A DNA stretch of 64,000 nt, taken from Chiloscyllium plagiosum (Eukaryota). A model generated the notes under the pieces. The model searched no databases and was not told where the DNA came from. It saw nothing but the letters and a program-made list of their open reading frames with translations. A program made the translations under genes and the position numbers. The stretch is taken from positions 54,151,926 through 54,215,925 of the forward strand of contig NC_057719.1 in the NCBI RefSeq assembly GCF_004010195.1, in the 5' to 3' direction. Shown here piece by piece: positions 49,451-61,986 of the stretch; position 1 is the stretch's first letter; each line of letters starts with the position of its first letter.

Positions 49451-52283
49451 AAGTCATTCTAGGAATGATACGTGGTAAGATGGGCTAGAAGTGGACAGAA
49501 CAGACATTATATGGTGGTGTAGGTAAATAATTAGATGACTTTGGAAGACATGGCAAGATAATCCATTCAGTCTCACTACAAAAACCCCTCCAAAAAACTT
49601 GATGCAGCTCGGACTCAGCTGTAACATCTTTTGATTCAGCCTAATTATCTATTTGCATTGTTTTAAATGTTATCAGGAAAGGGTATCCATTCTTTAAAGT
49701 GAAAAAATTGTATGCTTTGTTATTGTGTAGATTTCAAACCAGAAAAGGTACCTTTAAAACTGTTACAGATATCACAGCATGTGACATTCAAGTATAAAAG
49801 TGCCTGCCTCACCTTTAGTTACTCTCTCAGTGCTCACTCCACTCTCTGCAAATCAGTTATGTAAAGCACAGTAACATCAATAAGCACTAAACTCAGTTCT
49901 ATCTGTACGTTTTTGATATTATAGCAATGTAAATATTTACTAAACCTTAAGGCATCTACCCCAACAAGATCTCATCTTTTTGGGATATGTTGTGTGAGCT
50001 ATTATGTGAGGAATAAGAAAATGGTCAAAGAAAGAGTAGGGCCGATTAGGGATAGCATAGGGAACTTGTGTGTGGAGTCAGAGGAGGTAGGGGAAGCCCT
50101 AAATGAGTTTTTTGCTTCTGTCTTTATGAAAGAAACAAACTTTATAGTGAATGAAACCTTTGAAGAGCAGGTGTGCATGTTGGAATGGATAGAGATAGAG
50201 GAAGCTGATGTGCTGAAAATTTTGTCAAACATTAAGATTGACAAGTCGCCAGGCCCGGACCAGATTTGTCCTCGGCTGCTTTGGGAAACGAGAAATGCAA
50301 TTGCTTCGCCACTTGCAAAGATCTTTGCATCCTCGCTCTCCACTGGAGTCGTACCTGAGGACTGGAGAGAGGCAAATGTAATTCCTCTCTTCAAGAAAGG
50401 AAATAGGGAAATCCCCGGCAATTACAGACCANNNNNNNNNNNNNNNNNNNNNNNNNNNNNNNNNNNNNNNNNNNNNNNNNNNNNNNNNNNNNNNNNNNNN
50501 NNNNNNNNNNNNNNNNNNNNNNNNNNNNNNNNNNNNNNNNNNNNNNNNNNNNNNNNNNNNNNNNNNNNTGGTGTTCCACAGGGCTCTGTCCTTGGGCCTC
50601 TACTGTTTGTAATTTTTATTAATGACTTGGATGAGGGGATTGAAGGATGGGTCAGCAAGTTTGCAGATGATACAAAGGTTGGAGGTGTCATTGACAGTAT
50701 AGGGGGCTGTTGTAGGCTGCAGCGGGATATTGACAGGATGCTGAGATGGGCTGAGAGGTGGCAGATGGAGTTCAACCTGGATAAATGCGAAGTGATGCAT
50801 TTTAGAAGTTCGAATTTGAAAGCTGAGTAAAGGATTAAGGATAGGATTCTTGGCAGTGTGGGGGAACAAAGGGATCTTGGTGTGCAGGTCCATAGATCCC
50901 TTAAAATGGCCACCCAAGTGGACATGGTTGTTAAGAAAGCATATGGTGTTTTGGCTTTCATTAACAGGGGGATTGAGTTTAAGAGTTGTGAGATCTTGTT
51001 GCAGCTCTATAAAACTTTGGTTAGACTGCACTTGGAATACTGCATCCAGTTCTGGCCGCCCTATTATAAGAAAGATGTGGATGTTTTGGAGAGGATTCAG
51101 AGGAGGTTTACCAGGATGCTGTCTGAATTGGAGGGCTTATCTTATAAGGGATCTTGTTGCAGCTCTATAAAACTTTGGTTAGACTGCACTTGGAATACTC
51201 ATCCAGTTCTGGCCGCCCTATTATAAGAAAGATGTGGATGTTTTGGAGAGGGTTCAGAGGAGGTTTACCAGGATGCTGCCTGGACTGGAGGGCTTTTCTT
51301 ATGGAGAGAGGTTGACTGATCTCGGACTTTTTCACTGGAGAAAAGGAGGACGAGAGGGGACCTAATTGAGGTATACAAGATAGTGAGAGGCATAGATGGA
51401 GTCAATAGCCAGAGACTATTTCCCAGGGCAAAAATGGCTGACACGAGGAGTCATAGTTTTAAGCTGGTTGGAGGAAAGTATAGAGGGGATGTCAGAGGCG
51501 GGTTCTTTACACAGAGTTGAGAGCATGGAATGTGTTGCCAGCCGCAGTTGTGGAAGCAAGGTCACTGGGGACATTTAAGAGACTGCTGGACATGCATATG
51601 GTCACAGAAATTTGAGGGTGCATACATGAGGATCAATGGTCGGCACAACATCATGGGCTGAAGGGCCTGTTCTGTGCTGTACTGTTCTATGTTCTATGTT
51701 CTAACATATAAGGCAGCACTCAAACCATATCATAATGCAGTGCTGTTTGACTCAAGAAACAACATCGTTGACCCAAGAAACCATATCAGTTCCAATGATC
51801 TAACCAAATAATTAAGCAGGAAAATATGGAGGCATTAAAAGCCACTGCAACTCCTGGGTAACTCAAAAACTGACTCCCAAATCACAGCTCCATTGACGGT
51901 TATCACCTCCACCCAGCTCTCATCCTATGTCCACTCCCACCCAGCTTATATGCTTAGCTTCTCTCAACAGTTGTCAATGTGGCTGCTCAACCTTCAAATC
52001 TTGGAAAAGTACAGCAAGTGTCAATAGAAGGGTGTATCACCACTGATTAACTCCTTTGTTAATTCTCTCCAGCTTCTAAACTGCTTCAGCTGGGAACACA
52101 CCTGATCCAGAAATTCAGATGGAACCTCCTCCAAAGGAAAGTGTGTGTTTTTTTTTTCTCCAATCTAGGACGGAAAGAAGATATCTGACCTTGATCGCGA
52201 TATCTGAAACACTGTGCTCTCCAAACATAAACATTAGCTTGAAATCAGGGGAGCAGCACAGAGTAAGCGAGGACATGCATTTT
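49038..52283. repeat. Inverted duplication of about 208 bp (49038-49245 vs 52075-52283)
   Basis: aaaatgcatatcctcgcttactctgtgctgctcccctgatttcaa...gctgaagcagtttaga vs tctaaactgcttcagc...gagtaagcgaggacatgcatttt. Confidence 0.92.
49994..51702 (+). mobile_element. CR1-clade (HER1-like) LINE, same subfamily as 42190-45114
   Basis: Motifs [30 protein letters not shown] and KFADDTK. (gttctat)n tail. Gap at 50432-50568. Internal tandem duplication 50992-51149 / 51150-51305. Confidence 0.95.
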
Positions 52284-53770
52284 GGGAAAGTAAATCTTAG
52301 CAGGACTTCTACACTTAATGATAAGGGCCTAAGGAGTATTGATGAACAAAGAGACCTTGAAGTGCAGATTCAGAGCTCCTTGAAAGTGGAGTCACAGATA
52401 GATAGGATAGTGAAGAAGGTGTTTAGTATGCTTTCCTTTATTGTTCAGAGCATTGAGTTTAGGAGTTGAGAGGTCACGTTGTGGCTGCAAAGGACATTGG
52501 TTAGGCCACTGTTGGAATATTGCATGCAATTCTGGTCTCCTTCCTATCGGAACGGTGTTGTGAACCTTGAAAGGGTTCAAAAAAGATTTACAAGGATGTT
52601 GCCAGGGTTGGAGGATTTGAGCTTTAGGGAGAGGCTGAACAGGCTGGGGCTGTTTTTCCTGAAGCGTCGAAGGCTGAGGGATGACATCATTGAGGTTTAT
52701 AAAATCATGAGGGGCATGGATAGGATAAAAAGACAAAGTCTTTTCCCTGGTGTAGGGGGGGTCCAGAACTAGAGGGCATAGGTTTAGGGCAAGAGGGGAA
52801 AGATATAAAAGAGACCTAAGGGGCAACATTTTCAAGCAGAGGGTGGTACACGTATGAAATGAGCTGCCAGAGGAACATAGAACATAGAACATTACAGCGC
52901 AGTACAGGCCCTTTGGCCCTCGATGTTGCGCCGCCCTGTCATACTAATCTGAAGCCCTTCCCACCTACACTATTCCATGTACGTCCATATGCCTGTCCAA
53001 TGACGACTTAAATGCACTTAAACTTGGCGAATCTACTACCGTTGCAGGCAAAGCATTCCATACCCTTACTACTCTTTGAGTAAAGAAACTACCTCTGACA
53101 TCTGTCTTATACCTATCTCCCCTCACTTTAATGTTGTGTCCCCTCGTGTTTGCCGTTCCCATACTTGGAAAAAGGCTCCCCTGTCCACCCTATCTAACCC
53201 TCTGATTATCTTGTATGTCTCTATTAAGTCACCTCTCAACTTTCTTCTCTCTAACGAGAACAGCCTCAAAGCCCTCAGCCTTTCCTCATAAGACATTCCT
53301 TCCATACCAGGCAACATCCTCGTAAATCTCCTCTGCATCATTTCCAAAGCTTCCACATCCTTTTTATAATGCGGTGACCAGAACTGTACACAATACTCCA
53401 AGTGTGGCCGTACCAGAGCTTTGTACAGCTGCAGCATAACCTCCTGGTTCTGGAACTCAATCCTTCTATTAATAAAGGCCAAAACACTGTATGCCTTCTT
53501 AACAACCCTGTCAATTGGGTGGCAACTTTCAGGGATCTGTGTACGTGGACACCGAGATCTCTCTGCTCATCTGCTCATCTGCTCATGTGGTGGAGGCTAG
53601 TACAATTGCAACATTTAAAAGGCATCTGGATGGATATATGAATAGGAAGGGTTTAAATGGGGTATGGTCCAAGTAAATAGGACCAGATTAGTTTGGAATA
53701 CCTGCTTGGCATGGACGAGTTGGACCGAAGGATCTGTTTCCTTGCTGTAACATCTCTGTGACTCTATGAC
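52275..53770 (+). mobile_element. CR1-clade LINE 3' part, split by a nested CR1 (52275-52875 and 53587-53770)
   Basis: Motifs MHFGK and RPLLEYCMQFWSP. gagctgccagaggaa|...|gtggtggaggct rejoins as ELPEEVVEA. Tail ctgtgactctatga. Confidence 0.9.
52873..53586 (-). mobile_element. CR1-clade LINE 3' part nested in the opposite orientation
   Basis: Reads LYKALVRPHLEYCVQFWSPHYKKD..FFTQRVVRVWNALP, with a (aacatag)n tail. Confidence 0.92.
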
Positions 53771-53802
53771 TGAAGAATCCTTGTAGGTCCACACACATAA
53801 TG

Positions 53803-54611
53803 TTGAGTGGCTCAGGTCTTCTGCACTGCTTGCTTTCACAGTCAGGTCCATCATTTAAACCCGATGAAGTCAGCACAATACAACTTCACCTCCCATATTT
53901 GGTTGCTACTCCTCTGGGATTAGAGACAAAAGAACTGCAGATGCATGAATCCAAAGTAGACAGGCAGAAGGCTGGAGTCACCATCTTAATGACCAGGGCA
54001 GGAAGCTTGGGAGGGAAGCAATGGGGTTGCCAAATCAAATAAACCCTGATAATGTAACTCAGCTGAGATAGTTTCTAGTTTGGATAAAGAAATGCCGCTG
54101 ATAAACATGGATTATTTTGATCTGTAATCCTTTGGTCTGCACGGTAAATATACATCACTTGCAACATACAAGCAGTAAGCATGTTATTTTTCAATTTAAT
54201 GTCAAATCTGCTTTAGAAAATGTTCATAATTGGTTATTGCAAATTTTTTTACAGCTAATATATGGAAATCATCAATATTGGGATGAAGGAGACAGGGAGG
54301 AGCCTGCGAGATAGTTGGGGATTTTCCCCTTTGTCACCATCACTTCAGAGGAGAGTCAGTAGAAATTCTCTTCAGAAATGCTGAAGCTACAGCGGTAGAC
54401 TGAGAGAAGATCAAAGGACATTCTCCAAGACACAGATTCCACATCTTTGCAATGGCATATATGCACTATTCTAACTGCAAACTGGGTCATTAATAATATG
54501 TTATTGAATTCTTACTGCGGTTCGAATACAATGTATTGTGCTGACTTCATCGGGTTTAAATGATGGACCTGACTGTGAAAGCAAGCAGTGCAGAAGACCT
54601 GAGCCACTCAA
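53803..54611. repeat. Perfect 80-bp inverted duplication (53803-53882 vs 54532-54611)
   Basis: Base-by-base comparison gave 80/80 reverse-complement identity. Confidence 0.95.
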
Positions 54612-55829
54612 GTTTAAAATTCTTTTCCTCCCATTTGTTTTTGGATTTTATTGAGTTTTCTGACAGATGTTAAGCTCACACTGAATAGTCCTGCCCTGTC
54701 CTTCAGTAAAATTGCTGAATTGCCCCATCGGCCAACAGTCTTTTGAAGATTATCCGAACACAATGTCAGAAAGAAGGATAAAACAAACAATGATGAATGG
54801 CCTTAAAAAGAAGTAATTTGCTTTATTCCTTAAAATACTTCACATTGTTACCTTCCTTCCTCCCTCCACAATCCTCCTAAAGTTTTCTAAAGCTACATTA
54901 ATTTATCCCTTCATCTATTTGCACTCCTCCTTGCTCAGTGTTGCTTTGTGCTCTAAGGCATTCTGTCACATGTGGAACATTGTACAATTGCAAGCTGTTT
55001 TGTAAAAATTGTAAAGTTAAAGCACTACCCCGAAGGAAAAGCCATTAAAACCTGTGAATGGTGCATACTAGCCTGACGCATATACTTCAAAATGGAGCAC
55101 CAGTATGACCAGTACATTCATTTCCAATTATTACCATGGTTTTAAACTGGTTTTTCCCTCTGGGTAGGGTGAAGGGTTTATGGTAAACAACTCAAGAAGT
55201 ACTTTCCAAAAATAGGCATGTATGAACTTATTTCATATCGAAAAGACCTACTTGTAGAATGTTTGTTTGATAGGAGTGACGACTATACTGATGGGTAAGA
55301 AAATGAAGGTTAGGTGTGCTCTTTTGTCTGACAAAAGCCTCATAACACATTTATGGCAATCCTGGTGAGGGGGAAAGGGCAAAGAGTGAACTGATAGTTT
55401 TCAAGTTTGAAACATCATGCTATGTTTTGGAGGCACAGCAGCTGACATCAAATATATTTCTCAGACCTTGCCTTGTGCTGTGAGTTATACATTGCTAGCT
55501 CAGTAGAGAGGCTGGAATGTAGTGAGTGATGTTGTGGTATCTTGAATATTTATTGATACCTGGACACAAGATATAATTCCTAACTCTTCTCGAATAATAA
55601 ACAATGAACCAAATCTTCCAGAATGGGTTAGAATCTGTATTTGGGACTCAGAACAGACTAAAATTTGCTGCCAGTTTCTTGTGGAGGAAGTTCCCAGGTG
55701 AACACGATGGCTAGGAGTATTTCCAGCCAAAGCAGCACAATCCAATCCAGAAATCCATGCAAGCAGCAGCAGAGAGGATCTGCCTCCCCCTTGCAGCAGC
55801 AGTTTGTGGTTTAAGGTTCTTAAGGGAGC

Positions 55830-55957
55830 TTAGGGAAAAGACCTTGTCCAATTACTTTATCCATGCCCCTCATGATTTTATAAACCTCTGTAAAGTCACC
55901 CCTCAGTCTCAGACACTCCAGGGAAAACAGCCCCAGCCAATTCAGCCTCTCCCTATC
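55830..55957 (-). mobile_element. CR1 fragment
   Basis: Reads RERLNWLGLFSLECLRLRGDFTEVYKIMRGMDKV. Confidence 0.85.
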
Positions 55958-57455
55958 TGAAAGCACAAACCACAGGCAGCAAATAGGCACATTTGTCATG
56001 CACTGATGCTGGCATTGATCACGTAGCAGCCTCAGTGCATCATCATTCAATTCACTGTAATTCAATTCAATTCTTCAATGCTGCACCATGGAGGACATAG
56101 GCACCATTCATTGGAATGCTGCTGTAAGCAAGCTTTGCACATAAGGACAGCCACCCATCTCACGGATTCTGCCAAGACACTTCTTAGGTTTGTTCTTAGT
56201 GCTCACTCACTTTGTGCTAGTTCAGTGCTCAAAGCATCTCTTCCTTGCCTTGCCTAGTGGTTTTTCGCCAACTCTGTCAGAGGCTAAAGGCTTACAGTAC
56301 TTCTGACTTATTTTGCTGAAGACAACAGCTAGCTTATCATGGTTGTCAGCAGTTAGCAATCAAGGGGTGAACATGTTGCTGTGTGGCACCCTGCTGCATC
56401 ATTCTGACACCTATAGCATACACCAGCAGTATATGGAGTAAACACAGCATATGCTGCAACCAAATGGCTATGTCTCAAAGTCTAAGGGCAGAAGTGATCA
56501 AGCTAAGGTGGCCTGCCATCAGTTAGGGGATACTGGTACAGTAAGTCACAGGGATTGTTGGATCCCAGTCCAGGGGCTCGGACATGTGTCTATTTGGTCA
56601 GTGGGTGTGCAATCCAGAGAATGGGCCATCATCAGTCCTGTAGGTTGAGTGCAACAAGTCATTTGTTGTGGTAAGACAGTCAGTCAGTAATCAGTCATCA
56701 GTTGGAACGGTCTGCACAAAGTCGCGGGGGTGGCGGGGGGGGGCAGTCAACAATAGTCAGTCCTTTGGATATTTAGAATGAAAGTCAGTGGGAGGGGGTG
56801 ATTATAAGAGGGTATCCTTGTATTATAAAGTTAGCGTAAGTAATGCTGGGGATAGAGGGGAACAACCTTGGGTGAGGTGGGACAATTGTCAAGAGAGGAT
56901 GTTCAAGGTGTAAGGGGGGTGGCAATAGTGAGTGGGAGGACACTAAATTCTTTAGGGTTTGCGGGTCAGCAGTCATCACCATCGTAGACTCAGTGGGGTG
57001 GTGGGAAGGAGTATACAGCACAATGCTCAGCTAAAGTAAACGGTAGACGCTCGGGGGCAATGACAAAAGATAAGAACTGCAGATGTTACTTCAGGTGGTG
57101 TGTGGGACCACGCAGACCAGGTCATGCCAGAAACAAAAGGATACTGAGGTTCGGAGGTGGGCATTTGATCATCAGGCCGAACCTGAAACTCACTGCGCCA
57201 ACTGTGTGGCCTGCATTTCCTGCCATATTCACTTGACTTGAAAATGTGCCTCACAAATGGAAAAGGGCTACAACCACTGCCGAAGTGAATGGGATCAGAG
57301 ATACTTTTCAGACTGAGTATGCAAGCTCTATGTATGAGCAGCTTGAGTTTAGGAGCCACAGCATCAATCAGGCATTTTCACTTTCCAGGTTGAAGTTATC
57401 TGTAATCAAAGTACCCTGTTTGTGAAATTTATGCAGTGTCTAACTGGACATTGGT

Positions 57456-57672
57456 CATAGAGTCATAGAGTCATAGAGATGTACAGCATGGAAACAGACC
57501 CTTTGGTCCAACCCGTCCATGCCGACCAGATATCCCAACCCAATCTAGTCCCACCTGCCAGCACCCGGCCCATACTCCTCCAAACCCTTCCTGTTCATAT
57601 ACCCATCCAAATGTCTTTTAAATGTTGCAATTGTACCAGCCTCCGCTGCTACCTCTGGCAGCTCAATCCATA
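57456..57672 (-). mobile_element. CR1/HER1-like 3' tail
   Basis: (catagagt)n tail followed by sequence reverse-complementary to 53587-53770. Confidence 0.88.
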
Positions 57673-57699
57673 GTTATCCCTGTGGAGTAGAAATGGTCA

Positions 57700-58240
57700 T
57701 GGATGACCTTAACAATATCACCAGCAGGTCATCCATCACAAGGACAACCCAAGATCCAAAGGCTGCAAAGCGCATAGAACTGATTCTTTCGGTTTAGTCT
57801 GTATGTATTCGCCAACACGCTCTTGTCTGCCATGCTGCCTTCTTGGGTGATGAGGGGCTGGGACGACAACATTTCACACTCATACAGCATTTTCAATCTC
57901 CGACTGTCTCAAACAAGGGCTACTTTCCATCACTATCATAGACGCCACACATACTGATTGAAGTTGAGCATAGATACCATTGCTGCCCATTCTTCGATGA
58001 GTTCCACTGTAGATCAGATGGAAAGCTTGCTGATGATGAGGTTCTGTTGCTTGGATTAGCCTGGGTGGAATCTTGCAAACATGCAATACAGGCCAGACAG
58101 AGTGTGCCATGTAATCTTTACATACTGTATTCTGCACAGGAAAAATGGAACAGAAACAAAAGGGACGTGATGGACACTGATGACCTGAGACAGCAGTAGC
58201 AATTTTAGGAGGAAGAAGATAAGGACATTGAACAGGAGAA
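57700..58240 (+). pseudogene. Fossil PIF/Harbinger transposase C-terminal half
   Basis: Reads ..NKGY..EVEHRYH..AHSSMSSTVDQMESLLMMRFCCLD*..GG..QYRPDRVCHVIFTYCILH, matching the DDE_Tnp_4/HARBI1-type motif series. Confidence 0.7.
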
Positions 58241-58386
58241 ACCTTACTTTCGGTGTGCCGTGCAGAGTCAGGCACAACAAGCCAGGCAGGATTTAATGGA
58301 CACTCTTTTCCATAGATGACAATTCAGTGCAGTGCAACTGCAAAGATGTTGTTGTGGTTCTGTTCGCCGAGCTGGGAATTTGTGTT

Positions 58387-58426
58387 GCAGACGTTTCGTC
58401 CCATGTCTAGGTGACATCCTCAGTGC
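58387..58426 (-). ncRNA. Minimal hammerhead ribozyme motif (Poseidon-type)
   Basis: Minus strand reads GCA-CTGAGGA-TGTCACCTAGACATGGGAC-GAAAC-GTC-TGC, with one extra stem II mismatch. Confidence 0.7.
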
Positions 58427-58479
58427 TTGGGAGCCTCCTGTGAAGCGCTTCTGTGATGTTTCCTCCGGCATTTATAGTG

Positions 58480-60440
58480 GTTTGTCTCTGCCGCTTCCGG
58501 TTGTCAGTTCCAGCTGTCCGCTGCAGTGGCCGGTATATTGGGTCCAGGTCGATGTGCTTATTGATTGAATCTGTGGATGAGTGCCATGCCTCTAGGAATT
58601 CCCTGGCTGTTCTCTGTTTGGCTTGTCCTATAATAGTAGTGTTGTCCCAGTTGAAATCATGTTGCTTGTCATCTGTGTATATGGCTACTAAGGATAGCTG
58701 GTCGTGTCGTTTCATGGCTAGTTGGTGTTCACGGATACGGATCGTTAGCTGTCTTCCTGTTTGTCCTATTTAGTGTTTTGTGCAGTCCTTTAATGACTGT
58801 ACACTACGGATTTTGTACACTACGTTGGTTTTGCTCATGCTGGGTATCGGGTCCTTGGTCCTGGTGAGATGTTGTCTGAGAGTGGCTGTTGGTTTGTGTG
58901 CTGTTATGAGTCCTAGTGGTCGTAGAGGTCTGGCTGTCAGTTCAAAAATGTTCTTGATGTATGGTAGTGTGGCTAGTCCTTTGGGTTGGGGGATGTCCTC
59001 ATTTTGTTTTCATTCCCTTAGGCATCTGTTGATGAAATTGCGGGGGTATCCGTTTTTGGCGAATACATTGTATAGGTGTTCTTCTTCCTCTTTTTGCAGT
59101 TCTGGTGTACTGCAGTGTGTTGTGGCCCTTTTGAACAGTGTCTTGATGCAACTTCTTTTGTGTATGTTGGGGCGGTTGCTTTCATAGTTCAGGACTTGGT
59201 CTGTGTGTGTGGTTTTCCTGTATACCTTTGTGGTGAATTCTCCGTTCGGTGTTCTCTGTACCATCACGTCTAGGAATGGGAGTTGGTTGTCCTTTTCTTT
59301 CTCTCTAGTGAATCGGATTCCTGTGAGTGTGGCCTTGGTGGTCCGGTGTGTGTTCTCTATTTCTGTGTTTTTAATGATTACAAAGGTATCATCCACATAT
59401 CTGACCCAGAGTTTGGGTTGAATTTGCGGTAAGACTGTTTGTTCTAATCTTTGCATTACAGCTTCTGCTATGAGTCCAGAGATGGATGAGCCCATGGGTG
59501 TGCCGTTGATTTGTTCATATATTTGGTTGTTGAAGGTGAAGTGTGTTGTGAGGCACAGGTCCAGTAGTTTGCGTATGTAGTCTTTGTTGATAGGTTCCCT
59601 GTCTTGTTGTCTGTTCTGTATGTCCAGCAGGTTGGCTATTGTTTCTCTGGCTAGGGTTTTGTTGATAGAGGTGAACAGTGCCGTTACATCGAATGAGACC
59701 ATGGTTTCTTCCTTGTCTACGTGTATATTTCTGATGATGTCCAAGAATTCCTGTGTTGACTGTATAGAGTGTCTGGATCCGCTGATCAGGTGTTTCAGTT
59801 TCTGTTGTAGTTCTTTAGCCAGTTTGTGTGATGGTGTCCCTGGTAGCGATACGATGGGTCTGAGTGGGATGTCTGGTTTGTGCACTTTAGGTAGTCCATA
59901 GAATCTGGGGGTGGTGTTGCTTTCAGGTTTCATTCTCTGTAGGTCAAACCTGGTTATCTGTCCGTTTTTTTGCAGGTTCCTCAGTGTGTTGTTTATCCTA
60001 TTGGTGAGCTGTGGGGTGGGGTCAAACTCTCTCTTTTGGTAGGTGTTGGTATCTGCAACTAGTTGTTGCGTTTTCTGGATGTACTCTGCTTTGTCCAGGA
60101 TGACCATCATTCTGCCTTTGTCTGCTGGTAGAATGATTATGTTCTAATCATTTCTTAGTGTTTTTAGTGCTTCTCTCTCCTTGGTGTTGAGGTTGTGTGT
60201 TTGTCTTCTCCTTGTTATCAGGGGTACGATACTTTGTCTCACTGTTTGTTGTGTCTCTTCTGTCAGTCCATTGTTTCTGAGTGTGCATTCTAGTGCTGCT
60301 AGGAAGTCTGCTGTCTTGGCGTCCCTGTGGTTGTAGTTGAGTCCCTTGGCCAGTATTGTTCCTTCCGTGTCTGTGAGCTGTCTGTGGGAGAGGTTTCTAA
60401 CCCAGGTATGTGTTGTGGTGTCCTCTCTGTTGTGTGTTAG
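58480..60440 (-). pseudogene. Penelope reverse transcriptase / GIY-YIG endonuclease ORF, disrupted
   Basis: 366-aa open segment 59010-60110 with FYGLPKVHK, SFDVTALFT, QINGTPMGS and WVRYVDDTF. In frame with the upstream 60144-60461 segment across one TAG. Further stop at 59010 and TAA in the GIY-YIG motif. Confidence 0.92.
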
Positions 60441-61236
60441 CGGATCAGCGGATCCAGACACTCTATACAGTCGACACAGGAATTCTTCGACATCATATAG
60501 AGAAGGAAGAAACTATGGTCTCATTCGATATAACGGCACTGTTCACCTCTATCAACAAAACCCTAGCCAGAGAAACAATAGCTAATCTGCTGGACATACA
60601 GAACAGACAACAAGACAGGGAACCTATCAACAAAGACTGCATATGCAAACTACTGGATCTGTGCCTCACAACACACTTCACATTCAACAACCAAATATAT
60701 GAACAAATCAACGGCACACACATGGGCTCACCCATCTCTGGACTCATAGCAGAAGCGTAATGCAAAGATTAGAACAAACAGTCTTACCGGAAATCCAACC
60801 CAAACTCTGGGTCAGATATGTGGATGACACCTTTGTAATCATTAAAAACACAGAAATAGAGAACACACACCGGATCATCAATGCCACACTCACAGGAATC
60901 CGATTCACTAGAGAGGAAGAAAAGGACAACCAACTCCCATTCCTAGACGTGATGGTACAGAGAACACCGAACAGAGANNNNNNNNNNNNNNNNNNNNNNN
61001 NNNNNNNNNNNNNNNNNNNNNNNNNNNNNNNNNNNNNNNNNNNNNNNNNNNNNNNNNNNNNNNNNNNNNNNNNNNNNNNNNNNNNNNNNNNNNNNNNNNN
61101 NNNNNNNNNNNNNNNNNNNNNNNNNNNNNNNNNNNNNNNNNNNNNNNNNNNNNNNNNNNNNNNNNNNNNNNNNNNNNNNNNNNNNNNNNNNNNNNNNNNN
61201 NNNNNNNNNNNNNNNNNNNNNNNNNNNNNNNNNNNN

Positions 61237-61462
61237 TTGCACGTTCTCCCCGTGTCTGCGTGGGTTTCCTCCGGGTGCTCCGGTTTCCTCCCACAGTCCA
61301 AAAGATGTGCAGGGTCAGGTGAATTGGCCATGCTAAATTGCCCGTAGTGTTAGGTAAGGGGTAAATGTAGGGGTATGGTTGGGTTTCGCTTCGGCGGGTC
61401 GGTGTGGACTTGTTGGGCCGAAGGGCCTGTTTCCACACTGTAATGTAATCTAAAAAAAAAAA
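61237..61462 (+). mobile_element. HE1-like SINE nested in the Poseidon plus arm
   Basis: SINE central domain and tail ending taatgtaatctaaaaaaaaaaa, after which Penelope sequence resumes (catttctgaactgacag). The head is lost in the gap. Confidence 0.88.
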
Positions 61463-61986
61463 CATTTCTGAACTGACAGCTAGTTTACTACGACCACTGG
61501 GACTCATAACAGCACACAAACCAACAGCCACTCTCAGACAACATCTCACCAGGACAAAGGACCCGATACCCAGCATGAGCAAAACCAACGTAGTGTACAA
61601 AATCCGTAGTGTACAGTCATGCAAGGACTGCACAAAACACTAAATAGGACAAACAGGAAGACAGCTAACAATCCATATCCATGAACACTAACTAGCCACG
61701 AAACGACACGACCAGCTGTCCTTAGTAGCCACACACGCAGACGACAAGCAACATGAATTCGACTGGGACAAGACTACAATTATAGGACAAGCCAAACAGA
61801 GAACAGCCAGAGAATTCCTAGAAGCATGGCACTCATCCACAGATTCTATCAACAAACACATCGACCTGGACCCAATATACCGGCCACTGCAGCGGACAGC
61901 TGGAACTGGCAACCGGAAGCGGCAGAGACAAACCGCTATAAATGCCGGAGGAAACATCACAGAAGCGCTTCACAGGAGGCTCCCAA

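Noticed and set aside
59010..60110. 366-aa RT ORF as an active or domesticated gene
   Set aside because: It is bracketed by in-frame stops, the GIY-YIG motif has a nonsense codon and a small insertion, and the element is 5'-truncated.
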